Below are positions 25,794-38,022 of a stretch of DNA of 64,000 nt, in pieces (position 1 is the first letter of the stretch; every line of letters starts with the position of its first letter). Both the position numbers and the translations under genes were made by a program. This DNA is from Lama glama (lineage: Eukaryota). Under the pieces are notes generated by a model. It did no database searches, was not told the origin of the DNA, and saw only the letters and a list, made by a program, of their open reading frames with translations. Location: the NCBI GenBank assembly GCA_028534125.1, contig CM052817.1:32056001-32120000 (forward strand). The letters are read 5' to 3'.

Positions 25794-26209
25794 AGGACCG
25801 ATGTTCAATCTTGACAAATGCTTTCATGGTCCCTAGGGCAGAAAACGGAGAAGTGATGAATCATGTGCCTGCTGGTAAAGCTTCAACTAGAAGCAACACA
25901 TGTTGCTTCTGCATACATTTCATTGGCCAATTCAAGTCACATGATCTCCAAGGAGGCAGGGTGTGCAAAGCCACCAACTGCCTGCAAGCAGGAGCCATGG
26001 CATTTGTGAGCAGCTCTAGGGACTAACAAACAGGAAGAGCAGAACTGGAGAGAATGGGACTTACAATAGTGAAAGTGTGACTCATCTGGGAAAACTGATG
26101 CATACAATCAGGATTAAAAGAATAAGCCTAACAGTTCAAAATTTCTCACTAATAGATTTGGAGTAGGCACTGGTGAGTGAGGCAGCGTCTACCAACATTT
26201 CACCTGAAT

Positions 26210-26725
26210 TCCAACAATGGGAAGATTCGACCTCTCCTGGGTTCCATGCAGCTAGAGGACAGCCCAGCCTTGATGAGGCGAGACAGGACTCTGAGGATCA
26301 GTGTCAGGGGACTCAGACTGCTGTAGACTAGGTGTCATCCCCAGGTCCCATGTTAGCTGTTTGCTGGCTGGGTTTGGCGGTTGGGAAGTGCTGATAGGAA
26401 ACTGGCTGGTGGGAGGAGCCAGGGTATCTCTCCCTCTGCTCTTCTCTTTGCGTGGACACAAGGGCAGTATCTCTTCTTGCCTCCTGCTGCTGCTGGGTCA
26501 GCTTGCTTTCAGGTTCCAGTTTCTGCCAGGTGACCCCAAGCCTGAGCTCTGGTAACTCGATCTCCTCCTTTTGTCCCTCCAGCCTAGGGATGGGGACAAA
26601 TGTTACGCTTTTGCTGATCTGTGAGTTACTGTTTTTCAAGCCTCTTATGTCATCTGTGTAACCAATTCCCTAGATTACAATTCTAGTTGGTTTCTGGCTT
26701 CCTGGTTGGACCCTGGCTGAAACAC
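26210..26725 (+). mobile_element. ERVL-type LTR (LTR16/LTR33-like)
   Basis: Ends tagttggtttctggcttcctggttggaccctggctgaaaca, typical of ERVL LTR 3' ends. Confidence 0.55.
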
Positions 26726-26869
26726 TGAGTAACCCAGAATCTGACAAGCACACCGCCCACAAGGGCAACTCTGGATAAGGGAATGTCCTCGTGGTCCTAA
26801 GCAGAGGGTAGGAAAAACTAGCGACAATGACACAAGTCAGCAGGATTCAAGGCAGCGTAGTAGAGATAC

Positions 26870-27062
26870 GAGGTGGCCAGATGAAATGCAGGTGCATCTC
26901 ATGCAATATACAGACTGTGTAATTCTTTGCTGGTGGGGCTGTCTTGTGCATTGTAAGATGTGTAGCATTATTTGGGACATACTCATAAAGAGGTATTCAT
27001 TATTTATCTGAAATTCAAGTTGAACTAGGTGTCCTGCAATTTCATTTGCTCAATCTGGCAAC
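26870..27062. mobile_element. MER53-like MITE with an internal MER20-like piece
   Basis: Right half tgggacatact...tatctgaaattcaagttgaac...aatctggcaac is MER53-like. The middle ggggctgtcttgtgcattgtaagatg is MER20-like. Confidence 0.55.
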
Positions 27063-27481
27063 ATCAGTGGAGAACTAGCTCATGTGGAAAGCTGTCTTCA
27101 ACACTGGGGCAGGCAGGACCAGATCCGGAAAACAGTGGGGCACTGGACTCAGACCTTGACTGAAGTCTTTGTTACAGGCTACAGTTACTATGACTGAGGC
27201 AATTATGAAATACGGATTCGTCCAATCAGAGGACCCAGGAAAGTGAAGGCTCAGAAAGATGCCCGTGCATATGTGTTTGTGTGTATGTGTGTGTAAATGA
27301 ATTACAGAAACTTACCTGAAATAATGGCCCCAATGCAGCTGTTGCTAGTGAAATGTTCTCAATTATTTGGAAGTCTCAAGATATATAAATGGTGAACTAG
27401 CATGTGGTTTTTGAAGATAATGATGGAAGACAAAATTATCTTGCAAAGACCAAATGTCCAAACCTGGTGATCTGTCTAAAC

Positions 27482-27700
27482 CAGTGTTTCTCAACTGGAG
27501 GCCATTTTGTCCCCCAGGGAATACTTGGCAATGACTGAGCACACTTGTGATTGGAGGATGCTCTGGCACCTAGTGGGTGAAGGCCAGCTAGCCATCCTAC
27601 AATGCACAGGACAGCTCCTCAAACTCCCAAACAGATCCCAACAGCTCCCAAAATAGTCATCCAGTCCAAAAAGTCAATGGAGCCACTGTTGAGAAGCTCT
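27482..27700 (+). mobile_element. MER20 (hAT-Charlie MITE)
   Basis: cagtgtttctcaactggaggccattttgtcccccaggg...catcctacaatgcacaggacagc...gttgagaagctctg. Confidence 0.85.
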
Positions 27701-29105
27701 GGTATAAACACACATGGAAAGTCAGTAGTCAACACACATTTTATAAAAGTGTATACAGAATGTGCTATCCTGAGTGAAACCAGGTAATAAGGCTGAAATT
27801 CCATGAGGATAATTTCCAAGCTGAAATAGAAACGGCTGGCACCACAGGAGCCCTCATCTGTCATCCCATATCTGGGATTTAGCCACCTCTGCAGATAGAC
27901 AATAACAATCATCACTGGGTGAGGTGTGTGCTTCACCTCACCACTGGGTGAGGTGAATGCTAACCTGTGTATATTTAATCAGTGTCCCTAAATGTTTCAA
28001 CCAGAATACAGTGCCATTGTTTCTTCAGGGTGATCTATTTCTGCATGATTCAAGAGATGGCTATATGCATGATAATGTGATTCAAGTTCAAGGAATTCAT
28101 TGAGGGAAGTTGTGAGCTGAACCAGGGCAAGGAGATAGAGCTGAAAACCAAGGGAGTTCTCAGCTCCTGGGAAAGGTAACCAAGTGTATTTATTAAAGCT
28201 CTGTCAATACTAAGGGATGTAAAACCAACCCAACTGACTTAAAAGCAGTAGAGGATATATTGTTTCATATAACAGATCATTCCTTGGGTATCTCATAGGA
28301 CTGGAGGGGGAGCTGTATGCACTAGCATCTGTTCCTGGGGCTGGGTACCACTGGGATCATCTGATTCTCTCCATCCATTTCTCATCTCTGACTTCACTTT
28401 GCAGACAGGCTTTCTCTGCAGGTCATGGTAGAGAAGATGGCTACTGGCAGCCTAAATGTCACATCCTCCCAACTTCAAACTTCTCCTTCCTGTTATCTAT
28501 ATGTCAGACTCAAAAAAGGTCTGTCTGGCTCTCCTTGGGTCATTGCCCACCCCTGGATCCCTCGCTATGTCCAGGGAAATGGATACTATGATTGGCCAAC
28601 CTGTGTCATGGTCCCAACCCTGTCATCAAGAATGAGCTTACACTTCTAAATGGCAGACGTAGCCCAAGTACTCCGAGGCACAAGGTACTACAGGGTACTC
28701 CCAGGTACTCCCTGCACAGCTGGGGATGAACGCGCTCACAAGCCCAGCTCCTTCCAGCAGTTCAGTGCCAGCTGTTGCGGTCAAGAAATGTCAGAACGAG
28801 AAACAGCACAGTAATGTGGTCCCAGGAAAGTGATTCTAATTCCCCACTCTGCTAACAAACATGGGTCTGTCTGCAAGGGTCAAATTCTATTTTTACTCTG
28901 AAATTTCAAAATATTGATAAATTTATCTCCTGTGGTGGTTGAACTACCAGTGGGCTGTAAATGCCTTCCCAGATGCTAACTCACAGAACTGTCTGTCAGA
29001 GCACCACCCCAAGTTCCTAAGAATAAAGAAACTGGAGCTTTTCCAGAGCAGTGCTATTTGAATAAAGATTCTGAGAAAAGCACTTTGAGAACTGACTGTA
29101 TTTCT

Positions 29106-29264
29106 TGTTTTTAATTTTTTCTCTTATTTTACATATATTTATTTTTCTTTTATTTATTTATTATTATTTTTTATTTTTCCCCTTAATGGAGGCACTGGGG
29201 ATTGAATCCAGGACCTTGTGCACGCCAAGCACACATTCTACCATTGAGCTATATCCCCCACCCC
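29106..29264 (-). mobile_element. Vic-1-like SINE
   Basis: SINE body plus perfect 20-bp TSD tgagaactgactgtatttct at 29086-29105 and 29265-29284. Confidence 0.93.
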
Positions 29265-29996
29265 TGAGAACTGACTGTATTTCTAAAGATTTCTTAGTAA
29301 TGATAATTTCTTCCAGCATGAGCTAGAATGGAGATTTGTACTTCAGAAGAAATGGATGTGTCCTAGCAACCTGGAATTTTAAACTTTTTATTAGTCTTGC
29401 CCTGCAGTTGGCACACTGAAGGGGAAAAACACAAACATCATTATATAGAGAGTGTACGTGTGAAGTGTGAGGTACGAGTGCTTAATTTTCTCTTGCAGCT
29501 GAGTAAATCTTTGCAGCGTTGGCTAGCATACACAAAATGAAATGTACAATTAAATTATGGCTTGACAAGTTTTACTCAAGGAGAATCTTAATTCTTGTGT
29601 TTTTTTGCTGTTTTAATTAGCTTACTTATAAAGTTGATACATGTATATAATTATGTTGAATTTATGAAATTTACTTCCTTTTACTTATCACCCTATTTCA
29701 AAAGAAGAAAGCAAATATACAAAGAAATGGAATGCCATTAGCTCAATCATTTGACTGCACAAAAGTCAACAAGGGGTATTAATTTATAGGAATGATCTAG
29801 AATTCTTCATTGCCTTTCTTGCAACTTGGATTGATTTCTTCTCCTAAGGAAAAATTTCCTTTTTTTTCTGAAACAAAGGCTGTTATGATGATTAGATGAG
29901 GTTCAGTATTAGCACAGAGCAAGTTCTCAGTAAGCATGGCTTCTCTTTTCAGCTCCTTCCAAAAAGTAGTCATTATGCCTGATGATTTAGCAGAAC

Positions 29997-30170
29997 AAGC
30001 AGTTCTCAAATTTCAGAGCATATTGGAATCATTCCGGAAACTTGTGAAATATTCCACCACCTGGTGCCCACTTTGGAACCACAGGATCTAAATTTCCAGG
30101 ACTATGTCTAACAAGCTTTGACAGACACCGGGCATCAGAACCACTGACCATAAGCTTATGTTTAACAACA
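29997..30170. mobile_element. MER5-like hAT MITE
   Basis: agcagttctcaaatttcagagcatattggaatca...agaaccactg. Confidence 0.6.
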
Positions 30171-30239
30171 ATTTCCAGGTTGGTTTCTTTAGCTCCCAAG
30201 AATTGAATGAATTCCGTATCCATTTTAAAGAAAAATTTG

Positions 30240-30425
30240 GAGCTAAAAAGGAACTTAGAGAGTATTTAGTCCAGCTCCATCTCCTGCAATTGAAACTGAA
30301 TCCCAGAGAAGCAAAGTGACTTGTCCCAACCAGACACCCAGTCAATTGCTGTGCATGATGCGTTTGTCCCTGGGCCACGTCCCACAGCAGGGCTGGCTTT
30401 GAACAGAAGTCCTCCTTGGCTTCCT
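30240..30425 (-). mobile_element. MIR SINE
   Basis: gaaactgaatcccagagaagcaaagtgacttgtccca. Confidence 0.65.
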
Positions 30426-32154
30426 GTAGTAGAGACATTGACTTTGGGATCAGATTTACCTACTTCTGTTGCTAATACATAGATGGCTCATCCTGAATAT
30501 GTCACACAGATCCCATGGTTTGTACTTTGTACAAAAATAGCTCCCCAGTTCTAATGGCTGGCTATTTCTTACTTTTATTACCTGATATAATTACCCCTTG
30601 CCCAGTCTTCTGTGTGGTTATGTGATTCATGACTGTTATTAGGAGCAGGCCTGAAAGCACTTTGAAAGGAACATTGTGAGCAAAGATCATCGATCAAATA
30701 CCGTACAATCCCATTTGATTATTTTAGTGTCTCTGGAGCATGAGAGATTTAGGTAGGTAACTTTGGAAAGAATTGTTTTCTTTTTATAGCTTCGAGTCAG
30801 GTTAGTTCTGAGGAGTATAAAATAGTCCCATTTTTCAAATAAAGGAACAGAATGTTTAAGTGCCCACCCACCTATTTTAGAACCGCACGATATGAACATT
30901 GGATGAAAGGCCATCGTCCATGATTTACAGTGCTGTTTTTGAAGTTCAGTTCCTAAAATTGAATGAGTAACTCAAGACTGGGTATAGCTAGTGTCCCTTT
31001 CTCTTTCAGTTACCTGAATTGATCTAGCCTGCCTGTAACTTGTCCCTCTTGGGCTGTGCCTTAGTGATCTCTAAGCCACCCCCAGGATGTGCATCACGTG
31101 TTCCCTCCTGTTCCTCCAGCAGGGACCTCATCCGTGGATGACCCTCGTGGGACCCTTCCCTGTTGGCCAAGGGTCTGTGCATAGGTGAAGGGGACACTGC
31201 CTGCACTCCTGTCCCTTCAGTCCCTATACCTTTGTTTTAAGGATAGTTTCCTGAAGATCTGATAGCATTGAAAGGGAGGTTCAGAACCAGCAGAGAAAGA
31301 TCAAGTCAGCTCTCAGGTTCTCTGAAAAGCCTCAGTCCTGACTTAACCCCAGGTCTCTTCCAGGCTGGGGCAGCTCACTTCCTCCTGGAAAATTCTAAAT
31401 GCTTCAGGGTTTGTGCCAAATGTCTTCCATCCCTAGAAACGAAAAGGAGCTTGTTCCTCACTTTTTTACTTGCCTTAGACAATTCACCCATTGCCTGAAA
31501 GACTGAGAACTGGAAACGTTCCTTCCGTCCTGGGAGAGGATACAGGAGAGAATGGTCTGGCCCCGTGGCCCCAGCAGCACAGTCATATCTGATGTTACTA
31601 ATTTCCTAAAAGCTGGGTTATTCAGTCCCCAAACCGTGTATGAAATATCAAGAGCCCAATCCAGGTTGAACTGTTCCAAGCTCAGTTTAGATAATTCCGT
31701 CTCTTCGTCAGGATAGGTAGGGGTAGGAGACCAGTTGTCCCTGAAGTCACCTTGTTACACAGAAACAATCCTCACTTCCGTGCTTTCCTGAGTACAGTAT
31801 CAAAACACTCCGCTGGGAAAGCCGCGCTCCAGGGAGCCCTCCACGGGGTGGCTGACGTTTGAGGGCCCTCTCCCCTCTCATCCCCCATGTGAATTCGTCC
31901 CAGAGCTGCAGGCCTGGACTAGGAAGCCCAATGCGGAAGGCCCTCGGAGTCAGCCTGCCGGGACACCGGACGCAGCAGAAAGGGGCAGAGAGCGGAGCTG
32001 AGGGGCAAATGGAGAAGAACCAGCACAGTGCCTGCGGTAAGAGTATTTAGGGAGATTCTGATTCCCTGCTGGGAACTCTAGAATGTCATGACTCAGCAAG
32101 ACCTTGGATTTTCCTAAAGATTGGATTCAAAACTGTTACCTGGCTGTGTCCCTG

Positions 32155-32234
32155 GATGTGTGCATGTGCCTGTGTGTGTCTGTGTGCACATGTGTATGTG
32201 TGTGGGTGTGTGTCTCTCTGTGTGTATATACGTT

Positions 32235-32282
<48 letters not shown>

Positions 32283-32288
32283 TGTGTT
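32155..32288. repeat. Compound (TG)n microsatellite
   Basis: Pure run of about 21 TG units at 32237-32279 with degenerate TG flanks. Confidence 0.95.
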
Positions 32289-33283
32289 TCCCTGAAAGCG
32301 GGGCTTGGGCTGGGACAGAGAAGAAAGGAAATTCTGGGCTGGAGGAGCCAGAACTCACACCCTGTGCTGGTGCTGAGCCTGAGAGGCGGTGGATACCCTG
32401 GCCTGCCTAGGCACCTGGGGGGGCTGACTGGCATCCGGAAAAGGGGTCTTGGGAGTCTGACTGACAGCGATTTTGATTATGCAAGGCCAGTTTTGACATG
32501 GCCCAATAGGGACATCTTAGAATGACCATCCGGCCAGGACTGCCTCTAATATTTGAGGGCCCCAAAGCAGTAGAGAAACCAAAGTCGGCTCACCGCATGT
32601 CCAAATCTTCTGAGGTTACAAATCAAGCAATGTCGCAGCTTAGCCCTCATGCCCAGCATGACCACAGTGCTGCCCAGGGAGTGTTCTGGCAACCTGGAAC
32701 CACACCCTCCCCCTGTCTGCTGGTGGGAGCCCAGCTCTGTTGGGGAGGGCGAGACAGACCAGCCAGAGCAGACGGAGGACTGGGCTCGGGCTCCTGTGAG
32801 TGAATCCACCTGCCTGAACCAGGGACGGGGACTGGCCTGGGCCATGCTTCCTGGGGCATCCTCAGCTCTCAGTGTTCTCACCGTCACAGCAGAGGGATTC
32901 TGACAACAGAATGGTTCACTGCATTTTCAGCTGCTTCGGAAAATTCCACCAACCAACTTCCCTGCCTACTCCCTTGGAAATTCACAATTTACATTATAGT
33001 ATATAGTAAAGGTTCTCAGTGATCATATGATAAAATCTGCTTAACTTTGCTTAACTCATCATCTCCCAAACGGAGCAATTGTGGGAGAGGGAACTTTTCT
33101 TTTTCTTTAAGTCTTATTAATATCCCAGAGCACCAGAGTTCTCCAGCACACCTAAGGAATTGCTTTATTTGGAAGAGTTTTTGGACTTCAGATGCAGGGG
33201 ACAAAATGAATCATTCTTCTTGGTCCTGAGCACATGATTGTTTCTGGTTCATTCCAGGCCCCTCGCTCATCCATTCCTTCATC

Positions 33284-33549
33284 CAGAGCTGATTTATCAC
33301 TGGGCTCAGTAAGCATGGTGCTTTAGGGCTCAAAATACTTCGAGGGGGTCCACAAAAATGTTTTAATTTCTTTTAAAGCAGAAGTAAAAATGTGCTTTCA
33401 GATCAAAGAAGATGTTTTTGTACATAATATTAATATAATCTTTATTCCAACACAGTTGCAAAATATGATTTTTAATTTTTTTTTTTTTGATGAGAGGATG
33501 CACAAATGCAGAAGGACTCAGGGCCTCTGGAAATCAGAATGTGGCCCTG
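33284..33549. mobile_element. hAT-type non-autonomous element
   Basis: Termini cagagctgattt ... aatgtggccctg resemble CAGGGC hAT-Tip100 ends, with an AT-rich core. Confidence 0.45.
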
Positions 33550-36500
33550 TAAGAGAGGGTTCTTCGCCACAGGTGTCAGAGAGAGCATGGCCTTGCTGAC
33601 ACCTTGATTTTGGACTTCTAGCTTCCAGAACTGTGAGAGAATAGCAACTCAGTTTGTGGTTCTTTGTTGCAGCAGTTTTAGGAAGCTAATATGCATAGTT
33701 TCATTGACCTTTACTCCATTTATGTGCTCACTTCTTGCCTTGCCCAGCTTATGTAATGGTGGTTGCTAAAGCAATAAAAAATACAATATTGTGCAAGTGT
33801 ATTTATTCTGATCAGGAAGCAAAGAGATTGAAATCCAGGTATGTATTACAGTATTCATTTATCTAAATCAGGCAATTAATTGCTGTAAATAAATATGGTA
33901 AAACTTGGGCAAAGGTAATACTGAAAAGAGGCCCAGGACTTACATAATACACTAAACTCATATATCAGTGGGTTCTCCACTGACATAGCAGAATTCTTCT
34001 TGGAATGTGCTTTGTATTGGTTTACATCTTCCAAGTTTTTATTCCTTGACCAATGATCCCAAATCCATTGCATTTGTATCAAATCTCTGACTGAGGACTC
34101 TGAGTAAATGATTTCAGCTTGTGTGCTGGGCCTGAAATCATGATTCTGTTCTGCTTAGTTAAGTAAAGGACTTTGCAAACCTGAGATTGTACCAAAAAAA
34201 AAACAACCCACATAAATGATGAAAAACTAAGTATGATTTTTTTTGCAAAAACTTATTTTCATGCAAGTATATAAAGTTTAAAAAAAAGAAAGATGTGGCC
34301 CTATGTTTATGCGTCCTCTTTGTCTTATATCCCAATCCTATCATCTCCAACAAGCAGCGCTTTTAATGTGTGGATTTATTTCTTTTTGAATGTGTTTTTG
34401 AATAATGTATGTTGTTGCTTTGTGCAATATATTTTTCATTTGCATGATATTGTATTGTCCTGTTTCCTGCCGTTTTCACTGAGCACCATGTTTTTAAGAT
34501 CAATCCATGCTGCTGTAAGTATGTGCAACTCTGTCATTTCTACATGCTGCAAATTTCTCCATGGTACATCTGCACCTTTTACTGGTTCACTCTCCCAGCG
34601 ATGCACGACCAAGACTCCAACCCTCAGCAGCCATCTCCATGCTGCAGGGACCCACCATGTAGGTCCCCCTCATGGTGCTGGGTGGGAATGGTCCCCAGGA
34701 TATATGCTCGGCAGTTAATTTCTGAGTCAGAGGGCACATACGCACTTAATTTGGCCAAGTAATATCAAAACGCTCTCAGGAAGAAATGTTGTTTTCATAC
34801 ATATATATTTTGTGCTGGTCATGTCAGAGTTTGCTATTCATTATGTTAGCTTCATAAAATACATTGGGTAGTTCTTTCTTTATATTCTGGAGCAATTTAT
34901 ATTGCACAGAATTAATCGTTCTTTGGAAGTGTGAAAATATGGGCAGTATGATATGACTGCTTGGTGTTAAAGCCCATTTATACAGGCAATTCTCTGAAAA
35001 TGCTTTCAATTTCTTCCTTGGCTATTGGTTCTAATACAGTTTAATGGCCCTCAATCTGATGTTGGCACCTGGGCAGGAATAACAAGGTCCCTGTGACACC
35101 AAGATGTGTATTTCTGTTATTTATGACTTGCTGTAACACTTGAGGACACTGCTCTGTGTATGGGGGGGCGCTCAATGACACTATGGATGGCTTGCAGTTA
35201 CTACCTTCTCACTGCAGAGTAGGATTTCACTCTCTGTATGTCACAGAAGTCTGCCCTTGTCAATGGATAAGCCTTTTCTTTTCATGATCTCAAAGTTTTG
35301 CTTTTAGGTTGACAGTGATGTCATGTACTTTTGGGCATTAATTTGTGTATGTATATGCATGTATGTAAATATGTGTGTGTGTGTATATGTGTACATATGT
35401 GTGTGTGTGTGTGTGTATATATATATTTAGAGAAAAATTGTCCCTACCAAGGAAGCTAAGACTTTTAAATCGTGTGAATCATTCTGACTACCCAGAGAAC
35501 ATTTTTTTCTTCCTTAACAATAGTCATTCCAAAATCGCGCTTGCATCACAAAACTGTCCTTTCCTGAATCCTGTTTCAGAAATGACTGGCTTGATGTGTG
35601 TGCGTCCTTTTCCTCTCTAATCATGGCAGTTAAGAATAGTATGTTTCCAAAAAAGGAAGTTATCGGTAAAAATGATTTGAGTGTTTTTCATTTCTCAAGT
35701 TCACTTGGCAAGTTATGTTATACAGATATTCTCCATTTTAAATAAGCCCACTGCACCTATGTCAAAAACTTGTAAAGTTATGCAAAAGGAGGCTCATGTG
35801 TTTCCTAGAGTTTTCTCTTGGATCTATCAAGAAGTGATTTCCCCCTCCTCACCCAGGAAATATACCACTAATTTTGTCAGTCATTGAGCGAATATGATAT
35901 ACTCGCCTGACGTTAATATTAACTTATTTTGCTGGAATACAACTATAATGTAAAAGAAAAGATATGACAAACGTACTAGGATCCAAGGTGACTCAGAGGT
36001 CACATTTTCTTCCCTTCTCTGACATTTTCCAAAAGTAACCTAAAATCCTATATGTTTAAGGACATTTTCAGAAGAAAATTCTTATATGAAGCAACTTTGT
36101 GGACTTCATATCATTAATTCTGGAAGGAAAAGCAAAGTCCACTTTCTAATCTTAATTTTTTGTACTTGAGTATCTTGCTCTGACTTCTGGTCTCAGTGAG
36201 AGTTTGTACTTTAGTCCATTAATTGATTTTACAAGCATGAATTGACATTTTCTTTTCGCCAGGGATACAGTGGTGAACAATTACGGCCATGAAAAACAGA
36301 CCCCACCCTCCTCAAGCTTACATTCTAATGGCAGAAATAGATGGCGAAGTATCGGATGATTATAATTCTCTGGGGTTGCTGTGTGGTGTATGGAATGTGA
36401 TGGAGGAGGGGGAGGAAAGACTGGTGGCAGTGACAGCAGATCCAGACGGCCAAGACGGAGAAGTCGTGGACTGGGTGAGAGTGGTAGCAGCGGAGATGGA

Positions 36501-36550
36501 GAGAAATGGACAGCTTTGGGATAAGATGTGAAATAGAACTACGTACAGAT

Positions 36551-37031
36551 TGTACTGTATGGCACAGTTGACCTTGAAGTAGGGAGATTATCCAGATGGG
36601 CCTGACCTAATCACATGAACTCTTTGAAAGCAAAGAGTTTTCTCCGACTGGGGCCAGAAGAGGAAGTCAGGGAGCAGAAGCACAGGAAGGATCCCATGAG
36701 CTGCTGTGGCTTGGAGGTGGTGGAGTGAGCAGGGACGTGGCAGCCTCCAGGAACTGAGAGTGACCCCTGGTGGACAGCAATGTAATAGGGACCCTAGTCC
36801 TACAATGGGAAGGACCTGAACTTTACCAATGACAAGGATAACTTTGGAGACAAGTTTTCTTCAATATTAGGCCAGCAGACATCTTGATTATAGTCTTGTG
36901 GTACCCAGAGCAGGAAGCCCAGCCATGCCATGGTAGACATCTCACCTACAGAACTGTGAGCTAATAAATGTTTGTTGTTTTAAGCCACTGAGTTTGTGGT
37001 ATTTGCTATGCAGTGATAGAAAATTAATACA
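36551..37031 (+). mobile_element. MaLR LTR (MLT1E/D-like)
   Basis: gggagattatccagatgggcctgacctaatcaca...ctacagaactgtgagctaataaatgtttgttgttttaagccac...taataca. Confidence 0.85.
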
Positions 37032-37499
37032 GACACGATTGCATTAAGCACATTCTGAAGCCAGAACAGAGAAGCAATAGACTTGGTTCTGCTACTAGTT
37101 GGTCTGGGTGAGAGCACGGCAAGAAAGGGAATTATCCCCTCCGGTTCTTCCCAGGAAAATGGAAACGGAGGAAGAACTGAATCATTATTATAATATGACC
37201 TCCAGGACTTTTATAAGAATCTTCATAGGGATTCTTCCAAATTGAATATATAGGTTTTTGAATGAAACATTTCTTGTATACCCCAAAGATAAGTATTTCC
37301 CCAAAGTACCTTCCCTATTGTTGAAACAAATAATAGAGCATGAAGATACCCACTGGCTTGCCTGGCAAGTGCCAACAGACCGTGGTACCCGGGTAAGCAG
37401 AGATTCAATGTGCTCTCTGAGCCTGGGACTCCTTTTCCTTGCACCTTGTAGGGCTGGGGCAAGACTGTTATAAGGGGCAATGGGGGTGGGCAACAGGGA

Positions 37500-38022
37500 G
37501 TGGAGTTAATCAGGATCCAGCCAGGAAAAGAGAGGCCACCCTCCTCTATTGTTGGCTATTACAACAGAGGGAATATAATGTACACAGGAGGTGTTGGAGG
37601 GCAGAAGGGGCAAAAGGAACACGTGTAAACAGACAACTACAGGGGGTACTAACCGCCCCTTAGAAATTCGGGAACGAAAGGGAGAGGTGGGGTTTATCGA
37701 AATCTAGAAGTTCAGAGGTGGAGCCTTGGAGCTGGCACAGATCTCTAAGGAAGAAGCCTTGTCCAGATGGTGCTGGTACCACTGAGTGGGTAAAAGGAGG
37801 CTGCTTCTGGGCATGTCAAGAAAGCTGCCTTCTGGAACAGCTACTGCTGAGAGGCTAAACGGCGGCTGCGACCTTGCGGTCTCTCTAGCACCCCCTACTG
37901 GAGGAACCCAACAGGAAGCAAGCAGGCAAAATAAAAGTGTTTGCAGAGTCCAGCAACATCACAGAGCAGTTTATGAAACGGTGGGTTTGGAGCTGAGAAA
38001 CAAGACCTTGATAGCCAGCACA
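37500..38022. mobile_element. ERVL LTR (LTR41-like) carrying a CTCF motif
   Basis: tagcaccccctactgg...tttgcagagtccagc...ggtgggtttggagctgagaaacaa...agccagcaca matches my recollection of LTR41. Confidence 0.65.

Noticed and set aside
32086..32525. CVCV/HTHT ORFs
   Set aside because: Translations of the (TG)n repeat.
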